DNA of 64,000 nucleotides from Octopus vulgaris (lineage: Eukaryota). This document shows, in pieces, positions 25,861 through 37,949 of this stretch; within the stretch, counting starts at the first letter, position 1, and every line of letters starts with the position of its first letter. Where the stretch lies: assembly GCA_951406725.2 (NCBI GenBank), contig OX597816.1, forward strand, positions 60,016,001-60,080,000, written 5' to 3'. The position numbers and the translations under genes are program-made. The notes under the pieces were generated by a model. That model did no database searches and had not been told where the DNA came from. It saw only the letters and a list, made by a program, of their open reading frames with translations.

Positions 25861-26618
25861 TCAGCAACAAATATTGTGATTTTCTATTTCTGTGTTGAGA
25901 ATAACTGGCTGATTAAAACATTTCTCAGTATGGTACCGCAAAGATGAACGCCATTTATAAATCTTATTGCAGCGTCGACATCGATAATGTTGACTGCCAT
26001 GCTGACCACGCATGTGAGTGGAAAGAGAGTCTTTTGACGAACAAGTCTGCTCACAGATGTTACATCGAAACAACTCACCACCATGGTGCTTTGTACGACC
26101 ACAGAAACGTTTATGGGACAACAAACTTTTTTTGAAACGAAATGTTAAATTACATCGGTCACATTTTTCTTCTAGTATGTGATGTTTGTCAATGTGAGCT
26201 TTGTATGTCCAGAAACTATCAAAACCACGACCGCATATTGAGCAGTTAAATAGAAATTTTCCAAGGTGTTTAGAATTCATGTGACTCTGCAATCCATATT
26301 GAGTTTTATAGTGCTGACCACATTGTGGACAAGATATATTCCCAGCATTAAACAATGGCAATGGATCAGCCAGAACTGTTTGCTGAAGTTGACCATCAAA
26401 GTTGGCATTGATATTTAGAGCAGAGTCTCTGTGGTACATGCTGACATGATGAAGCAGAAGTTCTTGAGAACTGGTTGAAAATATGCACTGGTTGCAATCA
26501 TAGATGTCAGGGCCAATGTTAACCTTCTGCTCATGTTCTTCTACAGCAGTCGACAGTTCTGCAAGCTCTGTGAACACATTGGAAGATTCTTCTATGGGTT
26601 TTGTAATTTCAAAGGTTT
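25861..26618 (-). CDS. Terminal exon encoding six zinc fingers (4 C2H2 + 2 C2HC); probable alternative last exon of NHEJ1/XLF
   Basis: Intact 758-nt frame after the acceptor catttcatttccacttccag|AA. Fingers: CNQC..H...H, CPQC..H...H, CSIC..H...H, CDRC..H...C, CNIC..H...H, CRRC..H...C. No in-frame ATG before finger 1 (the ORF track started at GTG). No TGEKP linkers. Confidence 0.9.
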
Positions 26619-27796
26619 CTGGAAGTGGAAATGAAATGTAAGATGGAATATAAATATTAGTTATCCAAATATTAGTTACCTAAAAATTACAAGATTTTAG
26701 TAAAAATTTACAAACAATTAACTATTAATCAAAAAATATTTTCTTTTATCATAAAAAACTCTTGTAGGTAAGTAGTGAGAGCACTGTCACTTGAATTAAC
26801 ACCAGAATATTATTACTATTTCACTGACTATTTTGAGCGATTAAAGCAAAGCTGAGACTGACAACAGTTCGGTCAACTAAAAATTTAAAAAGTACATTAG
26901 TCACGGGAACACAACAAGGGATATTACCTGTTCCACACTCATCTTTTTCAGTCATTACCCAACCTCATCTTGCTAAACAACCCTCATGGATCACAACTCT
27001 TACTTTTTCAGAATAAAGTGATATGAATCTTAATTATACTGTATGATCTTTAGTCTGATGCTCTTTTATTCTCAATCTGCCACTCTCAAATACCTTATTG
27101 TTTTTGGTAAAGGGCTTTAGTCTAAAAAGCCCTTTATCTTATGGCACACTTAATTTTGTGAACTTTATCAATTGATTTTTTTGCCACGGCAAATGTGATG
27201 TCAAATTAATAAAATGATGGCTTTGCTTATTTCCAAAGTCTTTCCATATCACTAATATTCATAGTAAGGTTAAATATGGTGGTAAGAAAAAAAAATCAGA
27301 GGAAACCTTTTTTGAGTATTTCATATGCTATATGCACCTCAATTTTGGCAGGCTTTTCCATTGTTTCAACATCCAATTCAGAGAGAATTTATTGAGGCAG
27401 AATTTCTGTGGTTGGATTCTATTTCTATCGTCAACCACACCTCAGTCCAAGCAAGGTAATATTTTCTCATGACCAGACATGCTTTTGCAAAATATTGGTA
27501 ATGAATGACACTGCTTGTATGTCAGTGACACTCATTTACAACTACCACGCAATATCAACACAGAAACATAGTCATACACACATGACAGGATTCTTACAGT
27601 TTCCATCTACCAAATCCACTCACAAGTCTTTGGGGCTATAGTAGAAGATACTTACCTAAGGTGCCATGTTGTGAGACAGAACCCAAAAACAAATGGATAA
27701 AAGGCAAACTTCTTAACCACACAGCCATGCATGAACCTTAACCATACCTTCACTTTGTGCAACATAGTCGCACAATATATAAACAATATATAAACA

Positions 27797-28185
27797 GGCA
27801 CAGGAGTGGCTGTGTGGTAAGTAGCTTGCTTCCGGGTTCAGTTCCACTGCGTAGCACCTTGGGCAAGTGTCTTCTACTATAGCCTCGGGCCGACCAAAGC
27901 CTTATGAGTGGATTTGGTGGACGGAAACTGAAAGAAGCCTTTCGCATATATATATATGTATGTGTGTGTGTGTGTATATGTTTGTGTGTGTGTTTGTCCC
28001 CCCAACATTGCTTGACAACTGATGTTGGTGTGTTTACGTCCCCATAACTTAGCGGTTCAGCAAAGAGACCGATAGAGTAAGTACTAGGCTTACAAAGAAT
28101 AAGTCTTGGGGTCGATTTGCTTGACTAAAGGTGGTGCTGCAGCATGGCCGCAGTCAAATGACTCAAGTAAAAGTGTAAAAGAGAA
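27797..28185 (+). mobile_element. SINE family A copy
   Basis: Consensus match with a short head deletion. Confidence 0.85.
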
Positions 28186-28842
28186 TGTATTTGTATACAT
28201 GTACAAAGTATATGTATATGCACATAGTTGTATAACACATATACAGACTGTACAGTTACACACTTTGTAACTTAATATATATATATTACAAACTAAAAAA
28301 AAATCATTACACTAGGCATTGAAAATATCAAAACGAAATAACACTTAGATACACATATACATACACTCCATATACAAACAAATGCCAGAATTTTTCAAAA
28401 ATTCTGAACTGCTATATAAAAAAAATTCAAGTGTCTTTCATCCTTGTGAACTTAATGAAGTAACTACTGAACAAATACTGGATTGATATTAGTTATACTA
28501 TTGAAGGTGGTGCCCTCTAGCATGGCTACAATCCAATAACTGAGGAAACCAGTAAAAATATAAAAGAAATAAGTACTTAGCACAGATCAAATTGCAGTTC
28601 TAGTTGACCAAACACATGGCACGAATGCAGGTAGTCAGTCAAACAACTAGGTAGGTTAAACACATGTCTGCTGTTCTAGTTTAGGGATCAGTAAATTTCA
28701 TATATAATAAACCCCTTCATTGTATTGTTGATAGCTTATTGTAACCCCAATCATGAAGATTTCTTAAATAAAATAATATACAATGATTTGAGAGGAATAG
28801 ACAAAAAAATTAAAATGCTTATGTCATCATAGTAAGAGTTCT

Positions 28843-29183
28843 GGTCTACTGACTGATCTGATACTCCTAGATGATAGAGAATTGGTATGACTTTTTAGGG
28901 ATGACATCTGAAAGGATTCCAAAAATCCTTGAAATTGGAGTAAGCAAGGCAGACTCATCAAACACACTTCTGTGAGCACTTCATACCAAAACTTATATTG
29001 CTGTTGTCATAAGTGCAAGCAGCAGAGACAAAGTTTTCAGACACCAAATTTGTCTGGTCAACAATAAATATTTTGCCTCGCTTACTGCAACTATAAGGAT
29101 TTTAAAAAATCCTTCCAAATTCCATCCCTAAAGAATCTTACAAATTCTCTATCATCTCAGGGCATCAGAGCAGTCAGTAGACC
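28843..29183. repeat. Degenerate inverted repeat / old MITE with ~100-bp arms
   Basis: ggtctactgactgatctgatactcctagatgatagagaatt... pairs with ...aaattctctatcatctcagggcatcagagcagtcagtagacc. Confidence 0.6.
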
Positions 29184-29184
29184 T

Positions 29185-29820
29185 GTCAGTTTTCTTGCTA
29201 AGTTAACCTTGAGGCCCTTAAATTCCAGGTTTTGCTTCCACAACTGAAATTTTTCATCTAGCTCTGATATGGAATTCACTATGATGGCAAGATCATCAGC
29301 ATATAGTCATTCCCATGATGAAAAGGAGGGGACTAAGGTCCAAACCTTAATAAACCCTTACCTGTACACCAAATTCTTCCCTTTTACTTGTGGTTAACTC
29401 TCACCTTACAGTATCTTCGTACATGGCTTGTACAGCTCTCACCAGCCACTTGTCTATACCTAGACTTCTCACAGCCCATCATATCACACAGCAGGGCACT
29501 CTTACAGAAGGCTTCCTCTAGATCAACAAATGCCAATTATAATGGCTTATTCTTAGCTAAGTACTTATCTTGCAGTTGCCTGACTATGAAAATAATGTCA
29601 GTAGTGTTTCTTCCCCGGACAAAGCAGAACTGCATTTTGTCTAGCCTAATTCTGCTCCTAACTAACTGGGCAATAACTCTCTAATTTTCATCACCTGGTT
29701 CAGCAGATTGATGCCTTTAAAGTTGCTACCCTGTTAGCAGCTAACAATTGTGCTGCTAAGCCAGTCACTGGGTATCACACCTTGAATGACCTGATTAAAC
29801 TATGTAGGGTGACCAGCCTG
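29185..29820 (-). mobile_element. Degraded RTE-LINE reverse transcriptase remnant
   Basis: Minus strand retains YADDLA and RQLQDKYLAKNKPL..AFVDLEEAF pieces homologous to 34700-35120. Confidence 0.75.
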
Positions 29821-30199
29821 TATCTTATCTTACCGGATAGTTGAAGAAATTGACTCTAGTACTTATTTTTGAGGTCTGGTAGTTATCAGTCTCTTTATGT
29901 GAACTGCTAAGTTATGATAACTTAAACCAATACCGGTTATCAGCTGTGACTATATCATCTTTTAAAATTAGTAACCAAATCTCATATCTCACTCTATCAT
30001 CGTAAAAAGGGGACACACTGGATAGTAATAATGATGACGATGATGATAATACAAAAATGATCATTGCTTGGAATTGCAAGGGTCCTCTGCAGAGTTCGTG
30101 AAGTATGATTAGTAAACAGGTGTCACCTTAGTTAACTGGCTGTGGGTAGCTGACACTTTCCACCACATCCAGCAAAATAAAGCTGAGATTTTTCATGAA

Positions 30200-30790
30200 A
30201 TAATAATAATAATAATAAATGCCCTGATGCAATACCAGACAGTGGCTCTCATGGTTTCTGATCTTAACTGATAGGAAGTGTTATCATGTACATTGTTTTA
30301 TCTTGGTATAAAAGATGGGCGTCAGCAAATATTCTGCTCAATACCACAGATTTGCTTGTCAGTTGTTTGACCATAACCAGTTGAGCATGTCCCTTAGTGG
30401 CTGACGATACGTGCATCTCTGATCACGAGCAGAAGTAGTGGAAGAGCATCATAGCTGTGTGTTGAAAGGAATTCTTAGAGGTTTGGATAATTCACCTTTG
30501 GAAACATGGGTGGATCATTCAATATCCTTAAACAATCCTTATTCAGGGACATCTTGAGCTGGATGGGCTACTTGACCAGAAGAAAATTCTAACCAGGCCC
30601 CACCTGCAAGGTCATGTGCTGTATATCTTGAAATGAGATCACCATGTCCCACACATATGGTTATGATGCATGTGCCTAGTGTACCTTTATCAGACGGGTA
30701 GTCATGATGGATATACTGGGCTTGGTATATTTTACCCCAGTGTCACTTTGATGGCTTGCACTGCTCTCTCACTCAATAATAATATTAATA
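30200..30790 (+). mobile_element. ~570-bp interspersed repeat, second copy
   Basis: Homologous to 20590-21165. Confidence 0.7.
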
Positions 30791-31368
30791 ATAATAAAAA
30801 CTACAGTTTTCAAGACTGAGGTACCCTTGATCGAAACGTTTGAACACCAACAACAGCAGTAGCAGTAATATGAATTTTACATTTCTGAATGAAATAAGCA
30901 AACAAACATTTACAAGAACATAATGATAAATAATGTAAATATATACACAATAATTACCATACAAGTAAATAATGGCAAACGTGTGTGTATGTATAAATAT
31001 GTGTGAGTGTGTGCGTATACATACACATATACATTATATTTAAGGAGGTGAGCTGGCAGAATCGTTAGCATGTCAGGTAAAGTGATTAGTGACATTTCAT
31101 CTGTATTTGCACTCTCGGTTCAAATGCCGCCAGGGTCATTCTACCTGGTCAGCTCCTGTCAACCATCCTCCCCATGCATGCATGGAAGATGGATATTAAA
31201 TGATGAGGATGACAATGACAAGCTTCTTTCAGTTTCTGTCTACCAAATCCACTTACAAGGTTTTGGTCAACCTGAGGCCATAGCAGAAGACACTTGCACA
31301 AAGTGCTATGCAATGGGATTGAAACCAGAACAGTGTGGTTGGGAAGCAAGAATCTTACCACACAGACA

Positions 31369-31401
<33 letters not shown>

Positions 31402-32182
31402 CGTTTAATGCCTGTTTTCCATGCTAGCATGGGTTGGACGGTTCGACCGGGATCTGGGAAGCCAGGAGGCTACACCAGGCTCCAGTCTGATCTGGCAGTG
31501 TTTCTACAGCTGGATGCCCTTCCTAACGCCAACCACTCCATGAGTATAGTGAGTGTTTTTTGTACGTGCTACCGGCACAGGGGCCAGAGGAGGCTGGCAA
31601 ATGGCCACGATCGGTTGGTGCTTTTATGTGTTACCGACATGGACGCCAGTCAGGCGGCACTGGCATCTGTCACGTTCAGACAATGCTTTTTATGTGTCAC
31701 CGGCACAGATATATATATATATAGGAGATGACAAATGACTGCAACAAACTCAAAGTATTATGCTGAAGAAGACCAATCCAAATCAGGTAGCATGGAGGGA
31801 TGTGGCTACTGAGTTGGTGGTGGTGACGAGGGATGGGTTGGGTGGTGATGTTTTGTTATGAAAACTCAAACATAAATGCTAAGATATACAAACACACATT
31901 GAGAGACTACAACATTCAAGAAATACAGATATACTCATAGACAGACAACTATATATACACATTATGCATACTCACACATAGATATATACATAGAGCTGTA
32001 CACTCATGAAACACATACAATACAGTTATACTCACAGTCAGACCTCTATGCATGTTACATACACACACACACACGAGGTCAGTTACACCAAATAAGGACT
32101 GACCTGGGATATGATGATTCATTCAACCTATACCAGTATGGAAAAAATTGTGGTAAAAATGGTGATGATATTTTATATTATA

Positions 32183-32225
32183 CTAGCACTATGACCCGGC
32201 ATTTTGCCGTTTATATATAGAGAGA
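32183..32225 (-). mobile_element. 43-bp minimal Helitron-like element
   Basis: Minus strand A|TCTCTCTATATATAAACGGCAAAATGCCGGGTCATAGTGCTAG|T: 5' TC, 3' CTAG, between A and T. Confidence 0.55.
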
Positions 32226-33419
32226 TATAAGGAGGTGAGTTGGCAGAATCATTAGCATGCTGGGTAAAATGATTAGTGACATTTTTTCTGTCATTATGTT
32301 TTGGGTTCAAATGCTGCCAGGGTTGACTTTGCCTTTCATCCTTCCCAGGTTGATAAAATAAGTACCAGTTGAGCACTGGGGTCAATGGGATCTACTTAGC
32401 CCCTCTCCCAAAATTGCTGGCTTTGTGTCAAAATTTGAAGCCAATATCCTATGTCCTCCATCTTCCACCAGATCATCCTGTCAGGGCTTTACTCTCATTT
32501 GAGGTAGCAGCTACAGGCTGCTGGAGGTATCATGGCAGGCCCCGCACCAGATGGGTGGACATGATTGGGGAAGATCTCCAGAGGCTCGACATCACTGTGG
32601 AGGATGCAGGAGAGCTGGCACAGGGACCACCAGTGATGGAAAGCACTAGTGGATCTAGTTGGCTCTACACATGATGATGTCTGAGTCTGAGACCACCAAC
32701 TTGGAATGACCCCAGCCCAATCAAGCAAGACCAGGACCTACCTAGTAGTCAAAAGAAAACAGAACACTACTAATCGGAAAGTGGCCATCTTTAATATAGA
32801 GAGAGAAAGTAAAAAAGATGTAGGAGGATTGCTAGCAGGCTGACAAAGGATTTCCTATCTTAAAAATGCATAGGAATAGTTAGTTGATGGCAAGAGCGGA
32901 GGTAAGTGTCGCAAAAGCATAGTAATCAAGGTAAGGATGAAGTGAAAAATGTTCAGGGAATTTATCTACTTTGTCAGTAACAAAGAACTTCTTTCTGCAA
33001 ATGAAGAGTAGACTGTACAACATTTTTATACAAAGTGTGGTACAATATATGGTAGTGCTCATGGGCACTGTGCATGGGGATATATTAAAAGCTGAAAAGA
33101 AATGGAGTATGCTCCACTAGGTGTGTGAGAGTAATGTGCAAGAACAGCAGAGCACCAGTGTGTTGGGTGAAAAACTCCAGCTTTAGAGGTATCAGAATAA
33201 ATGATTCAGAGACAGTTAATTCTTGTATTATATCAACCTGCTTGAGGCTACTTCTGTTTTAAATTAAAATATGCCACCATGACTTATAAATAAAAACCTC
33301 TTTTATGTTCCAAACACCACCATAATAATGAAAAAGTTATTTGACTAAATTCCCATCAATTTCTTGATTATTTAAAAAAAATTAATTGAAACACAAAATA
33401 GTCACAAAAGGGTTCAGTA

Positions 33420-36400
33420 AGTATTGAACGACAGAGACCGTCTCTTTGTGGCTGGTGACTTCAATGGGCATGTTGGACAACATGCTGGAGGCTTCTATGG
33501 CGTACATGGAGGCTACGGTTATGGTTCCCGCAATGAGGAGGGAGCCAGGCTGCTGGAGTTCTGTGATGCAAATGATCTTATGGTTTACAACACTAACATC
33601 AGGAAACCTACCAGCCACCTAGTCACCTACCGATCGAGCCGACATACTAGCCAAATTGACTACATCCTTGCCAGAAAAAGGGAAAGATGGCTGCTTATAA
33701 ATACCAAAACCTTCCCAGATGAAGAATGTACCCAACAACATAGACTGGTTGTTAGTGACTTTAGGATCAGGACTAAGAGGACAACCAGAAGACGACCAGC
33801 ATGGAGAAGAAGGGTCTGGAAGCTAAAAGATCTTGCAAATGGACAGAGATTTAGAGACATATTACTTGAAGCCTTTGACGAAATAGAAGGGGATATAGTT
33901 TCACATGGAGTAGAAGACAACTGGAGGTTTCTAAGGGACAACCTGCTGAGAGCCACTGACCAGATCTGTAGATGGTGCAAAGTCCCATATAAACCCAAAA
34001 TAACGTGGTTGTGGAACAACATTGTAGACAGGGCTATCAGAGAAAAGAGACAGGCTTGGAAGGGCTGGAAGAATGGTGGTAGCAGGGAATCATATCAGAC
34101 TGCCAGAAGAGAAGCTAGGAGACAGGTCTATTTAGCCAGAGGGGAAGCAGATAAGAAAAAATTTGCCAATGTTCTGCGCTGTGAGGACCAAAGACTTGAG
34201 GTATTTCGTGTTGCAAGGCAGTGTGTGAGAGAGAATCGTGATGTGGTAGGAGAGAAATGTGTTCACATGGATGATGGTTCACTTGCGCTAAATGAGGCTG
34301 CAAAGAGAGAGGTTTGGAGACGCCACTATGAAAGGTTGCTGAACAAAGAAAATGAATGTGAGAAAGAGAGTCTGCCAATTGTCGACCCAACAGAGGGATC
34401 AGCTATCCAATTTGACAGTACCTTGATAGTTAAAGCAATTAAAAGTATGAAGACAGGGAAAGCCCCCGGCCCATCAGGAATTACTGCAGAGATGCTCAAA
34501 ATAGCTGGCAGTGTCGGCATTAGCCTGGTCACCCATATAGTTAACCAGGTGAGTCATACCCAATGACTCGTGTAGCAGCACTATAGTCAACTGCTACAAA
34601 GGAAAAGGTGACGCTTTAGATACAAATAATTACAGAGGTATCAAGCTCTTGGATCAGGTAATGAAGACCACGGTGAGGGTCATAGCCCAACTAATTAGGG
34701 AGAGAGTCAGTTTAGATGAGATGCAGTTTGGTTTCATACCAGGGAAAAGCACCACTGATGCTATATTTCTGGTTAGACAGTTGCAGGAGAAATACCTAGC
34801 CATAGATAAGCCCCTGTACCTGGCTTTCGTTGACATGGACAAAGCCTTTGAAAGGGTCCCCTGATCCCTTATCTGGTGGTCAATGAGAAAACTAGGGATA
34901 GATGAATGGTTAGTGAGAGCCGTGCAAGCCATGTACAGGGACGCTGTCAGTAAGGTGAGGGCTGGTAACAAGTACAGTGAAGAATTCCGGGTAGAGGTAG
35001 GGGTCCACCAAGGTTCAGTCCTCAGCCCCCTCCTATTTATCATAGTCCTCTAGGCAATAACAGAGGAATTCAAGACAGGATGCCCCTGGGAGCTCCTCTA
35101 TGCTGATGACCTTGCTCTAATTGCTGAGTCACTAACAGAACTAGAAGAGAAGTTTCAAGTGTGGAAAGAAGGATTAGAATTGAAGGGCCTTAGTGTCAAC
35201 CTAGCTAAAACCAAAGTCCTAATATGTAGGAAAGCAGGCAAACCACAAATTCCTTCAGGTAAATGGCCCTGCTCGATCTGTAGAAAAGGTGTAGATAGAA
35301 ACTCTATAAGATGTACCCTGTGTAAGCTATGGACACATAAGTGCAGCAATATCAAAGGAAGGCTAACTGGGAGGATAGTTTCTGTATGTGGTAGATGCTT
35401 GAGAGCTATATATAACACTGAAAATGTGCAGAGAACAACTTCCGCCACATTCCAGGGAGAAAAACTAGAAGTAGTTGATAGCTTCCGTTACCTAGGTGAC
35501 CAAATCAGTAGCAGAGGAGGGGGCACTGAAAGTGTAGCTGCTAGAATAAGAATAGCCTGGGCTAAGTTCAGAGAGCTCTTACCTCTGCTGGTGACAAAGG
35601 GCCTCTTGCTCAGAGTAAAAGGTAGACTGTAAGATGCATGTGTACGAACAGCCATGCTACATGGCAGTGAAACATGGGCTGTGACTGCTGAGGATATGCG
35701 TAAGCTCGCAAGGAATGAAGCCAGCATGCTCCGATGGATGTTTAAGTACCCTGAGAGAAAGGTTGGACCTAAGAAGCATCAGATGTGGTGTGCAAAAGAG
35801 ACGACTGCGCTGGTATGGTCATGTGTCAAGAATGGATGTAGATAGCTGTGTGCAAAAGTGCCACACCCTAGCAGTTGAGGGAACCTATGGAAGAGGTAGA
35901 CCTGGGATGAGGTGGTGAAGCACGACCTGCAAACATTGGGCCTCAGTGAGGCAATGACTAGTGACCGGGACCTCTGGAAATATGCTGTGCTGCAGAAGAC
36001 TCGGCAAGCGCAAGTGTGACCATAACCTTGTGGCCTATGCTAGGGGGTAACCAGTCCACTTATGCGTGCCTTCTCTTCATTGGACACTAAACTCTGCTTG
36101 TGAAGACCAGTTGAGGCAAGTGAAATTGAAGTCGAAATCAAACTCGGTGACTGGCATCCGTTGCTAGTGGAGCGCTAAGAGTACCATATGAGTGAGATCG
36201 TTGTCTGAGCAACAAACTGGCCTTCGTGCCGGTGGCACATTAAGCACACCATTCGAGCGTGATCGTTACCGCGTCGCCTTACTAGCACTTGTGCTGGTGG
36301 CACGTGAAGCATTCGAGCGAGGACGTCACCAGTGCCGCTGGACTGGCTCCTGTGCAGGTGGCACGTAAAAAGCACCATTTGGATGTGGCCGTTGCCAGTA

Positions 36401-36588
36401 CCACCAAACTGGCCCCCGTGCCGGTGGCACGTAAAAGCACCCGCTACACTCTCGGAGTGGTTGGCGTTAGGAAGGGTATCCAGCTGTAGAAACTGCCAGA
36501 TCAGATTGGAGTCTGGTTCGCTAGACCTCAGTCAAATCGTCCAACCCATGCTAGCATGGAAAGCGGATGTTAAATGATGATGATGATA
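33420..36588 (+). mobile_element. 5'-truncated RTE-clade LINE (AP endonuclease + RT + C-terminal region + 3' tail); inactivated
   Basis: APE motifs GDFNGHVG, SQIDYIL, QHRLV; RT motifs KAPGPSG, QFGF, AFVDMDKAF, GVHQGSVLSPLLF, LYADDL; LRWYGHV..M; several stops/frameshifts; ends (GAT)n. Confidence 0.92.
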
Positions 36589-37410
36589 TTCAATGCAGAG
36601 AGCCAAGACTGTGAGATAGTGAAACACATAAGGCTAACAAGTGACAAAAATATCTTGGGCCTAAAAGAAACCATCTGAATTTCAGTCAGATGTAGATGTG
36701 ATTTCCATATAGAGGAGGAAAGATCTGTCTTGGTATAGTTTTATACACAAGATTTTATGGGAATTAGCAGAAAAAAAACAAAACAACTTTGGTCTATAAT
36801 GATATGAAGTTTTATGAAATTTATGAAACTATAATGAACAAAGTTATAAGAATTGTGTAAACAGTAAAATAATAATGGAGAAACACAAATGATGGCAGCA
36901 AGGGAAAATAAATAATAATGAGAACAGTAATTCTTTTAGGCTGAGTAAACCAAATTTTATAAAACAGACACATCTCTCAATTTCAGTGGCATGTGTTCCT
37001 GTCATTGAATCAATGGAACTGTTTATTCATTGATTATAATGCAAATGGCAAAGTATTTTAGACACTGGTACCATTGACTTAATACCAGAGTAGGATCAGT
37101 GACACATTATATGATATGACTGGCTGATTATTTAATATCCTTCACAAGATTCAGGCTGACTCAAGGCCATGAAATAAAAGACTTGTTCAAGGTACTTTGC
37201 AGCAAAATCAAAACTTTTTGATTCAGAAAATTCTTAACTGTATTCTGCTCTTGAAGCATAATACAGAAAGGACATGACAAGACAAAACTCACAAAAGTGA
37301 CCACTGTAAACCTGAAAAACAGATTGTTGACTATGGTGGTGGTGATGATGATGATGACAGCAATAACAGGTGACAATGACAAAATTTTACAAAAGAATTA
37401 GGTCAACTAC

Positions 37411-37531
37411 CTGGATCTGCTTTGCTACATTTGTGCAACCATGTGTATTTTGTCATAATTTGCCGATAAAGATCCTGACCATAACTTTCAAAAGCAGTTG
37501 TCCCCAACAGTTTCACATTATCTTCAAATTC
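37411..37531 (-). CDS. NHEJ1: NHEJ1/XLF coding exon 5 (EFEDNVKLLGTTAFESYGQDLYRQIMTKYTWLHKCSKADP + G)
   Basis: Long T tract then tgtag|GAA, donor CCA G|gtagtt; 121 nt, phase 0-1, open. QDLY motif as in human LQDLY. Confidence 0.88.
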
Positions 37532-37949
37532 CTACATTTTTCAAAGAAAAAAAAACAAGAAATAACAATAAAACAAAATAATTAAGCTTCATCAATTAAT
37601 CAAAGACAAAACAAAAAGAGGCAATGCAGTTGGAACATTAAACATCAATAACAATAACAAACATAAGGACTGTTACCTTGGAAATATTTAATAAGACTTT
37701 ATATTACATGTAAAATGATCCTTTCCAATGGTGTTAAAGCAACTGGAAGGAAACATGACTGGTTGACATATGGGTTCTGCATAACTATAACCAAAAGATC
37801 TCATATGCAGAGATGAAGAATTTTCGGCTGTGGATTATGTTCCATGGACTGTGATGAATGCAAGAAACTGGACCAGGTATTGTCAGATACAGTGACTGAA
37901 AGAAGTGGCTATAGTAGCCACTGCAGCTCATTCAATTTCAACCAGTCCT

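Noticed and set aside
25861-26577. Zinc-finger ORF as a stand-alone single-exon gene starting at 26577
   Set aside because: The track start is GTG. The frame extends to a splice acceptor at 26618, and the first ATG lies inside finger 1.
30821-30884. Additional alternative exon at the acceptor ttcattcag
   Set aside because: Phase-1 reading stops after two codons and the donor is weak; no support.
33424-34566. 380-aa ORF as an active LINE or host gene
   Set aside because: 5'-truncated RTE ORF followed by frameshifts and stops in the RT region.
37677-37787. Coding exon between XLF exons 4 and 5 (strong donor CAAG|gtaaca; MFPSSCFNTIGKD frame)
   Set aside because: All three frames hit stops before the donor, and exons 4 and 5 already join in frame.
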